Notes under the pieces: model-generated
What the model saw: the letters and a program-made list of their open reading frames with translations, nothing else
The model's database searches: none
Told to the model about the DNA's origin: nothing
In this document: piece after piece, positions 57,083-64,000 of the stretch
How positions within the stretch are numbered: position 1 is the stretch's first letter
How the letters are laid out: each line of letters begins with the position of its first letter
IMG/VR virus record: IMGVR_UViG_3300044693_000067
Reading direction: 5' to 3' (one strand)
Length of the DNA stretch: 64,000 nucleotides
DNA from: an uncultured virus (IMG/VR IMGVR_UViG_3300044693_000067)
Lineage: Duplodnaviria > Heunggongvirae > Uroviricota > Caudoviricetes
Program-made: the position numbers and the translations under genes

Positions 57083-57400
57083 TCATGTCCGCTCCTTCAT
57101 CTTCACTTCGATCTCAATGGGCGGCAGTTCGACTGCCTCTGGAATGTCCAGGCGCGTATAGAGGCCCGCGAGCTTCAATAGTGGGATGACCAACTTTCCA
57201 GCCTCGGTCAGTTGAAAACTAGTGAATTCGCCTTCGGTCTTGCGCTCGCACAGCCCTTTGGCGATTAGCGAGTTGCCAGTGTTCAGGTATCCCCATGTCC
57301 ATCCGAACTGGTCCATGTGAGACATCATCTCGGTTTGACGACGCGACAGCGATAGGGTGAATGCGCCGCCCGTAACGTAGTCCTTGAACTGATCGCTCAT
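57083..57400 (-). CDS. Hypothetical winged-helix-like protein
   Basis: LIAKGL...LTEAG. Confidence 0.55.
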   Translation of the reverse strand: MSDQFKDYVTGGAFTLSLSRRQTEMMSHMDQFGWTWGYLNTGNSLIAKGLCERKTEGEFTSFQLTEAGKLVIPLLKLAGLYTRLDIPEAVELPPIEIEVKMKERT

Positions 57401-57695
57401 CGTCCTTGTCCTCAGTGCTTACCCGCGCACGCGCGGAAACAATTGGAAGTGTTTGATAACCATCAATCCCGATTGCACCCAGAGGCGCAAAGTCGGCATC
57501 GTGGGGGAGTGGTTGCTCATTGATCGATGCCCATGAATTTGTGCGGATCGACGCGGTACATCTCGACTTCAACCGCCGATAGAGCCTCTTGGCCCTGCAC
57601 GGTCATCGTGTGCTTGCGGCCGAAGTAGCGCGCATACCGCAATGCGTTTCCGTCGATCACGACAAGCGCTGGCCCGTCGAAAATCCGCTCTTGAG

Positions 57696-58118
57696 TCATG
57701 CGACCCTCACGTAACCCATGCTTTGAATCTGCTCTTGAACCATCTGAGAAAGCAGCGCTTTAACGTGATCCGGCACTTCGCCTTCGGGGCGCGTGAGCCA
57801 CTTCTCAAGATCGCGGTCGCACTTCTCGGCCCATTGTTTGATGGCCGTGTTTGAGCACACGCGCTGAAGAATTGATTCCTGTTCGCTCGACAGGTAGCCC
57901 TTGCCGTACTTCACCTTCGCCAAGTGCGCGCCCTTGAAGCCGAGATAACTGGCGATCTCGCCTTCGTTCTTACGGGAGATCCGATGCTCCAAACAAAGGC
58001 GGATTGCATCGCCATAGCTCTTGCACGACTCGATCAATGCTTCGTCGAGCTTCCGCGGACGCGGGATGTCGGTGAGCACCGGAAGGGCCATCTGAGCCAG
58101 GGAATAGAAATCTTTCAT
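57696..58118 (-). CDS. CII-position HTH regulator
   Basis: EIASYLGFKGAHLAKVK; downstream of cro. Confidence 0.6.
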   Translation of the reverse strand: MKDFYSLAQMALPVLTDIPRPRKLDEALIESCKSYGDAIRLCLEHRISRKNEGEIASYLGFKGAHLAKVKYGKGYLSSEQESILQRVCSNTAIKQWAEKCDRDLEKWLTRPEGEVPDHVKALLSQMVQEQIQSMGYVRVA

Positions 58119-58224
58119 GGGAACGCCTTTGTTTTTGCTGTTGCGTCGTGTTGCTTTAACCGTTAAAAACGGGGCCAAATAAAGGCGCCGATAAACGACG
58201 CCAACAAAAACCGATATGACCTAC

Positions 58225-58584
58225 CTAAGCCCGAGCCTCTTTCGTCTTGCCCCGACTCTTGCCGCCTTTTCGCTTCGATGCGTTGTCTACCGAACCCCCG
58301 ATGGCTTGCGTATCGTCGGAAGCCTCGTATGCTGGACGTTCAGGAGCACAGAGAACGTCACGCAGCACCGTCCAGTTTTCATGCGGATTGAGTGCTTCGC
58401 AGCGCACACCAGTCTTTCGTTCGATCAGCGCGCACTTGCTAGCGTCACTCACGATTCCGAGCTTCAGCCAATGCGAAACCGTCTGCTGCGTAACGCCGAT
58501 CATTTTTGCGAGCTTGGATTGCGTGCCCGCGACCTTGATCGCGCGTTCGATTCCGCTCTCTTCGTTGGGTGGTGTGCTCATCAT
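58225..58584 (-). CDS. cro: Cro/YdaS-like repressor
   Basis: AGTQSKLAKMIGVTQQTVSHW; divergent from cI. Confidence 0.85.
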   Translation of the reverse strand: MMSTPPNEESGIERAIKVAGTQSKLAKMIGVTQQTVSHWLKLGIVSDASKCALIERKTGVRCEALNPHENWTVLRDVLCAPERPAYEASDDTQAIGGSVDNASKRKGGKSRGKTKEARA

Positions 58585-58599
58585 TCGTTTGTAAGTGAC

Positions 58600-58674
58600 T
58601 ACAAGCGTATTTGTAGCACAGACGCCGACGATCTACAAGCACATTTGAAGGTGCTTGATACAAAATCCTTTGTA
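58600..58674. promoter_or_regulatory. Right operator: three TACAA-N6-TTGTA palindromes
   Basis: 58600-58615 TACAAGCGTATTTGTA, 58634-58649 TACAAGCACATTTGAA, 58659-58674 TACAAAATCCTTTGTA. Confidence 0.85.
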
Positions 58675-59462
58675 TGAAAACACTAGCCGACCGCCTTGCG
58701 TGGGCCATGAAGTGCGCCGGCCTTGATCCACACCAAAGTCAGAGTGAGCTTGCTCGACTAGTAGGAGCGCCATGCAGGGCGCAAAACATCCAGAGCATCC
58801 TCAGCGGTTCTCAGAAGACAAGCAAGTACACGCCGCGCATCGCCCAAGTTTTGGGGTGCGACGGTGTTTGGCTGGCAGAGGGAACAGGGAAAGCACCTAC
58901 AAAGCGCAAGCACAATCTCGCACTTGTTGATGCATCGGGCATAAGCCAAGAAACACGTCAATTTGATGAATCATTTGCCGCGAACCCGGATAAGATTGGG
59001 ACCACAAAGCCCCCCGGATTCGGAGAACTTGGACCGGCTAAACGAGTGGGGCGCAGAGAGATTCCACTTATAAGCTACGTGCAGGCCGGCATGATGACAG
59101 AAGCGATAGACCCATTTTCATTGGGCGAAGGATTTGAGACCATCCTGACCGATCAAGAGTGTTCCGAGCAGTCGTTCGCGCTGCGGATCAAGGGGAGGTC
59201 AATGCTGCCCCGTTTCGAGCCGGGGGATACGATCGTGATCGATCCCCAAAGGCAACCCAGGCCAGGCGATTTCGTTGTCGCAAAGAACACGGAAGAAGAG
59301 GCGACATTTAAGAAGTACCGGCCTCGCGGTGTCAACGACCGCGGCGATGTCGTCTTCGAACTCGTCCCGTTGAACGAGGACTTCGCTACGCTGCACAGTG
59401 AGCGCGATCATCTACACATCATCGGGGTCGCGATAGAGCATCGCAAGCCGCTGCTCGAGTAA
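58674..59462 (+). CDS. cI: CI repressor (HTH + S24 peptidase)
   Basis: SQSELARLVG HTH; VQAG cleavage site, GRSM, ATFKK. Confidence 0.93.
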   Translation: MKTLADRLAWAMKCAGLDPHQSQSELARLVGAPCRAQNIQSILSGSQKTSKYTPRIAQVLGCDGVWLAEGTGKAPTKRKHNLALVDASGISQETRQFDESFAANPDKIGTTKPPGFGELGPAKRVGRREIPLISYVQAGMMTEAIDPFSLGEGFETILTDQECSEQSFALRIKGRSMLPRFEPGDTIVIDPQRQPRPGDFVVAKNTEEEATFKKYRPRGVNDRGDVVFELVPLNEDFATLHSERDHLHIIGVAIEHRKPLLE

Positions 59463-59485
59463 CCTCCTTCACGCCACCAAATAGG

Positions 59486-59509
59486 GCCCGCCATCAAGCG
59501 GGCTTTTTT
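59486..59509 (+). terminator. cI terminator
   Basis: GCCCGC-CATCAA-GCGGGC-T6. Confidence 0.8.
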
Positions 59510-59520
59510 GTGTCGCGCAT

Positions 59521-59573
59521 TACAAGGAAAATTGTAACAAGCACTTGCGACTACAAAGACGCTTGTATATGAT
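59521..59573 (+). promoter_or_regulatory. Left operator and pL promoter
   Basis: Operators at 59521-59536 and 59552-59567; -35 TTGCGA (59545), 17-bp spacer, -10 TATGAT (59568). Confidence 0.82.
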
Positions 59574-59645
59574 GAAGTCCATCAACAGCGCACCGAGCGC
59601 TACGAACGAAGGCTCGGACAACGCAATCACGCGAGGGGAACGAAG

Positions 59646-59861
59646 ATGAAAACCTGCTACATGGTTTCGGTGATTGGCAATACTAGGGCAGTTCTGGCGT
59701 CCTGTTTTGCCAACACGAGAGAACAGGCCGAGTCTGCATGCGCCGCGCTTTTCGTAGATGCATTCGGCCAGAACGGCGAGGCAACGGCGTTTGATGAAGG
59801 CGCAACGCCGGGCATCTGGATCGAGGGATCGCCGGAATACGTTCGCAGCGTACTCGCCTAA
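59646..59861 (+). CDS. First pL gene, hypothetical
   Basis: RBS GAGGGG. Confidence 0.6.
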   Translation: MKTCYMVSVIGNTRAVLASCFANTREQAESACAALFVDAFGQNGEATAFDEGATPGIWIEGSPEYVRSVLA

Positions 59862-59886
59862 CCCCGCGCCCGCTTCTAGGAGAACG

Positions 59887-60066
59887 ATGATGGTTCAAAT
59901 CAGCAACGAAGAATATGCGGCGCTCGTTGGCGAGCGCGATGCCATGCGTAGAACGGTCGAGGGCGTGCGACAGCATCTTTGGGAGTTCAACGCTGATCGG
60001 CGAGACAACCCGCTGCATGCCGCGTATGTCGAAACGCGCACTGTGCTCGAACAGTACCGCGCCTAA
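59887..60066 (+). CDS. Small hypothetical protein
   Basis: RBS AGGAG inside a repeated linker. Confidence 0.6.
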   Translation: MMVQISNEEYAALVGERDAMRRTVEGVRQHLWEFNADRRDNPLHAAYVETRTVLEQYRA

Positions 60067-60091
60067 CCGCGCCCGCTTATAGGAGAACGAT

Positions 60092-60268
60092 ATGCACTTT
60101 CACGTCACGATGATTTCGAAGGTTTCGGACTACGACGTTGAGTTGAGAAACATCTTCTGGGAGTCATTGCAAGAAGCCAAACAGCGAGCCCCGATGATGA
60201 TGGCGACGCCGGATATGTGGTTGGTTACGTCGATCTTTGACGCAGCGACGGACGAGCAACTGTTTTAA
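60092..60268 (+). CDS. Small hypothetical protein (58 aa)
   Basis: RBS AGGAG inside a repeated linker; open to TAA 60268. Confidence 0.6.
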   Translation: MHFHVTMISKVSDYDVELRNIFWESLQEAKQRAPMMMATPDMWLVTSIFDAATDEQLF

Positions 60269-60413
60269 GAAATCCCGCTTCGGCGGCCATTGATAGACCT
60301 GTTCGTAGCGCAATGCCTACCGCATTGCAGTGCGAATAGCACGAAGTACCCGCGCATCGGCGCACCGCTCGTGACAGGAGCGGCGATCTTTAAAAACGTG
60401 GTGATTGAGTTTT

Positions 60414-61260
60414 GTCAGAGCGGGGCTCCTAGTAGGTGGACGCGCGGCCTTGATCGGGCCATTGATCAACGCGACAGGTTCGAATCCTGTGGCCCGCTCT
60501 GACGACATTCGATCACTGCTTCATAGCGCGCGCCACGTAAGGCCAGAACACCGGAGATATCTGGCGCGCCGTTGTCCCTATGGTGGACCCGAGAAAGCAG
60601 AGTATCGCAACCATTCCGCGAATGCGGCACCGAATACAGCAACCGCTGGTGTAGAAAGCGGAGCGCCCGCAATAGTCACGCCGACAGGATCGGTGGTGGC
60701 GTTGCGGAAGGCGTGCGAGCCTGGGAGACAGACTGGGCTCGCACGCGAAGCAGTTTTCAGCGATGCCGTGGTGTAAGGAGCATGGCCGAGCGGCCCTCGG
60801 TAAGTAGCCTAGGCGGTTCGATTCCGCAATGTCTGGGGACATGGTGAACGGATCTGGTGCAAGTCCAGACGGCATCGCTGAGCACTGCGAGCGCTTTGAT
60901 GGAACGGGAATGCGCAGGCTGATGCGCAGCCAGCGAGAGGCTCGCCACCTGAATCAGGTTATCGGACGCATGGGCAGGGAAACCGAAGAGTGTTTAGTAG
61001 CGCCAGAAGCGCGAAACGCCGAACTGCCGATGAGCCGTGCAAGTAGCGTAAGCCGGAGATCAGCACCGGCCCCGTTCCATGAGAGTGCTCAGGCGTGGCG
61101 ATTGGCCCGATAGTTCGGATCAAGAAAGTGTGCGAAACGCGTTCGCCGTCGCCAATCGCCACGACCTGAGCATTCTGAATTCCCCGCCCCTGGATATGGG
61201 GCATTACGAGAGCAGGTGCGTTGCTAGGGATGGGGCCCGTTAGGCCCCGAAACGAATTCA
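60414..61260 (+). ncRNA. Tiled array of structured, partly tRNA-like RNAs in the pL transcript
   Basis: Back-to-back units, each closed by a 7-12 bp stem; several T-loops; no convincing ORF. Confidence 0.65.
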
Positions 61261-61300
61261 ATCGAGCGCTAAGCGCTTAGGACTACTAACGGAGCAAACG

Positions 61301-61762
61301 ATGGCTTGCGATATCCACGCATTCGCCGAACGGCGAAACGAAAGCGGTGAATGGGTTCTCGTAAAAGACGGGGTTTTCGGTTTCCGTAGCTACGGCATAT
61401 TCGCGTTCCTGGCTGGCGTGAGGAACTATTCCGATGTGACGCCGATTGCGCCGCCGCGAGGTTTTCCTACTACGGCTGCGCCTGAGATTTCTGCTTCCTA
61501 CGAGAGTTGGGATTGCGATGCGCATACGGCTTCTTGGTTAACGATGAAGGAGCTGCTTGATTTCGACTACTCGGCTTCGATGGAGGACAGACGCTGCACA
61601 CGTCAGACCGGGCCGAATTCGTGGACTGGGGGCGCAACCTGCGAGCCCGGTGAAGGCAAACGTCAATCATGGCGTGAATTCCTTGGTGACGCGTTTATTG
61701 AGGAATTGCGGCAACTCAACGCTGCCGGAGCCGAAAGAGTCGTCTTCTTCTTCGACAACTGA
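61301..61762 (+). CDS. Conserved phage hypothetical protein
   Basis: MACDIH...RSYGIFAFLAGVRN...RVVFFFDN. Confidence 0.75.
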   Translation: MACDIHAFAERRNESGEWVLVKDGVFGFRSYGIFAFLAGVRNYSDVTPIAPPRGFPTTAAPEISASYESWDCDAHTASWLTMKELLDFDYSASMEDRRCTRQTGPNSWTGGATCEPGEGKRQSWREFLGDAFIEELRQLNAAGAERVVFFFDN

Positions 61763-62287
61763 TATGCAAACCATCCTCGACCTTAAAAGCGACACCGACA
61801 ACTCGTCTCCTACCGATGTGATGTTGACCGGCGAGCACGAGGATGGTGTTGATTGGATGCGGATCACGTTGAGCAATCCGCATCGAGAGATTGTCATCTG
61901 CCGCTCAGAGTTGATGAAGACGTTGGGCGTGCTGTGGAGGCCAGAATGATCGATCCCAAATTCCTAGGCGTACCGCCCGCTGGGCTCATCGAAGACAGCA
62001 AGGATCGCGTGGTGCATGTGATCTTCTTCGGTTCGTCGCACTACGACGAATATCAAATGCTCGACGGTGTGAGCCACTACAGCGGAAGCGTCTCATACGA
62101 CCGGGTTTGTTTGCAGTGATGCAGGGAGGCGGTTATGAAGCCGCTAGTAGATGGATGGCACGGGTATGACGACTGGCTGACGCGCGAGATACCCGACGAT
62201 GAGCCGCCGCTAACCGAGGCCGAGCAGCGTCAGCAACGAGAGAACGAGCAGGACGCTCGATTTGTTCAACGACTGTTTGAGTGAGAG

Positions 62288-62542
62288 ATGAAACACCTTG
62301 CACTGATTTTCGTCATCGCAGCGCTTGCTGGATGTACCGACGCTGACCGCGCTCAACTCGGCGCGTTCGGCAATAAATTCGAAATCACGCTCTATTCGGC
62401 CAGCGGGTCTGTCATTAAGCAATGGCGATCCAATGGAAAGGTCCAGACGGAAGACCATAGCGATGGCTGGTACTTTATGGACGCGACAACTGGAAAGCTG
62501 GTTCGCGTGAGCGGAACAGTGGTTGTCGATCCATTGGATTGA
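62288..62542 (+). CDS. Lipoprotein
   Basis: Lipobox LAGC. Confidence 0.7.
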   Translation: MKHLALIFVIAALAGCTDADRAQLGAFGNKFEITLYSASGSVIKQWRSNGKVQTEDHSDGWYFMDATTGKLVRVSGTVVVDPLD

Positions 62543-62549
62543 GACCCTC

Positions 62550-62789
62550 ATGCAAACCATCGAAGAACGCATCAAACCCATCATCGCCGAACAGTTCTGC
62601 GTTCCGGTCGATGAGGTCGATCTATCGGCCAACCTCGTCGAGAAGTACACCTCTGATTCGCTTGATCTCGTCGAACTGACGATTCAGGTCGAGGACGAGT
62701 TCGGCATGGAAGTGCCCGACGAAACAATGTGGGGCTTCTCGACCGGCCAGCAGATCATTGACTACGTTCGGGCGAACGTCAAAGCGTAA
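62550..62789 (+). CDS. acpP: Acyl carrier protein
   Basis: TIEERIKPIIAEQF...DSLDLVEL...EDEFG.E.PDE...T.QQIIDYV; Ser of DSL intact. Confidence 0.88.
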   Translation: MQTIEERIKPIIAEQFCVPVDEVDLSANLVEKYTSDSLDLVELTIQVEDEFGMEVPDETMWGFSTGQQIIDYVRANVKA

Positions 62790-62794
62790 TTCCC

Positions 62795-63240
62795 CGAAGT
62801 CACGGTGACTTTATAAGCCGCAGAGGTGAGACGCCTCGGATTGGCTCCCCGAAGGAGCCGGAAACATAGCACCCAGCCGGAGGTGGCCTAGAAACAACGG
62901 CAGACGAAGCGTTACCGGGTTTGCCAGCAATGGCACGTGATTGCATAGCACGCCTCCTTACCGGGTCGATCAAAAATGCTTGGCGTGGTTCCTGACGGTT
63001 CAGGCAAGACTGTGCCTTGACGCTAGTAGGTCGATGCGTGATTCGTCGGACAGCCGGGAAAGACCGGCACCCTGACAAGTGGCGATGATCGGTAGCGGGC
63101 GGGATGCCCTGAAATAGAGCGCCTTTCGTCGTCACCTGCCAGGGAAAGCGGATGTCGACAGTACCCGCAGCCGTTATTTCGCACCAGGACGTAGGCGGGA
63201 AGTGCGCGGGGAAACACGAACGTAGCGAAGTACCTGACTA
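62795..63240 (+). ncRNA. Second structured non-coding block
   Basis: ~450 nt without a good ORF and with many hairpins (GGCTCC/GGAGCC, GCCGG-GAAAGA-CCGGC). Confidence 0.45.
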
Positions 63241-63254
63241 ATTTAGGAGTCCTA

Positions 63255-63536
63255 ATGGCAACGATCAGCAAGCTAAAACCCGGTGACGTTCTGTATGACG
63301 TCCATAGCCACAAGATGGGCAATACGACGATGACGACGATGGGTTGCTGGACGGTGCGCGTTATTGAGGTTCACGAAGACCACATTGTTGCTTCGTGGAA
63401 CGGAAACACGGCTCACCGCATGTATGAGCACAACGTGAAGAGGTTACGAGTCAATAAGCCGGTATTCGTAAAGTCGGGATTCGGGAAACGCCTAGCCACT
63501 CGCGCCGAGATAAAGGCAATGAAGGAGCCGCAGTAA
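63255..63536 (+). CDS. Hypothetical protein
   Basis: RBS AGGAG. Confidence 0.65.
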   Translation: MATISKLKPGDVLYDVHSHKMGNTTMTTMGCWTVRVIEVHEDHIVASWNGNTAHRMYEHNVKRLRVNKPVFVKSGFGKRLATRAEIKAMKEPQ

Positions 63537-63662
63537 TGGACAACCTCATAGAAGCTTTCCTCGGCGCTCTAACGATAGTGACGGGGCTTGGGTTCTTTGC
63601 AACTGTCGCCGCGCCTTTCGTGCATGACGGCGCGCTGTTTCTTCAAATTTTCGGGAATTGAG

Positions 63663-63983
63663 ATGAAGCTGATTCGACGCCTTTTCACATGGAACGACCG
63701 CCGCCGCGCTCGCGATTACCTGCAAGACGTTTGCGAAGAACGAGCTGAGATGCGCCGCAAGCTGGACGAGATCAACCGCAAGGCGGATCGAGCGCTTCAA
63801 GACGCGCTTGAACTCGATTTTGAGTGTTTTCGCGAGCAGTTCTTCGGTAAGCGTGATCCGGTGCATACCGGATTCATTGGAAGCTCGGCAAAGTTGTTCG
63901 GGATCGAAAGCCCGACGCAATTTGTCGTCGAAGTGCCTCCGCTGAAGGCGAGCAAGTATGTTCCACTTGCGGAGGCGGCATGA
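63663..63983 (+). CDS. Hypothetical protein
   Basis: Operon packing; ends AEAA with an ATGA overlap. Confidence 0.55.
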   Translation: MKLIRRLFTWNDRRRARDYLQDVCEERAEMRRKLDEINRKADRALQDALELDFECFREQFFGKRDPVHTGFIGSSAKLFGIESPTQFVVEVPPLKASKYVPLAEAA

Positions 63984-64000
63984 GCAAGATCATTCAACTA

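Larger units (their letters stand above)
1..64000. mobile_element. Temperate myovirus-type phage genome (partial, circularly permuted, attP form)
   Basis: Integrase, cI/cro, replication, terminase, portal, capsid, sheath, baseplate and lysis genes in lambdoid order; no host housekeeping genes; phage genes on both sides of the att core. Confidence 0.95.

Noticed and set aside
61205..61258. Hammerhead ribozyme (hairpin followed by GAAAC)
   Set aside because: The CUGANGA core is absent (reads GGGATGG); at best degenerate

Overview
The window is a ~64-kb stretch of a temperate, contractile-tailed (myovirus-type) phage, probably of a Burkholderia/Paraburkholderia-like betaproteobacterium (host inferred). 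Phage genes flank a tRNA-Ser 3'-end att core on both sides, so this looks like the attP-joined, circularly permuted form rather than an integrated prophage. Order: end of the leftward early operon (1-10 kb) with a diversity-generating retroelement (VR, avd, TR, RT), an HNH-AP2 endonuclease, a lone Cas7/RAMP-like gene behind a 20 x 5-nt GGC-NN repeat tract, xis and int; attP (~10.2 kb); small accessory genes; lysis genes; an O-antigen ligase/polymerase-like moron; tail, baseplate and head genes and terminase (minus strand, 17-43.6 kb); a tRNA/tRNA-like cluster; nin-type and methyltransferase genes; replication; the cro/cI switch with five operators; and the start of the pL operon, with tiled structured RNAs and an acyl carrier protein. 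The most striking element is 4600-5338, a phased constant-triplet/variable-dinucleotide repeat directly upstream of a standalone Cas7-like gene, a candidate RNA-guided system with a non-contiguous guide. The DGR is well supported (11 of 11 VR/TR mismatches at TR adenines) and lies outside the tail module. All calls come from reading the sequence by eye; no searches were run.
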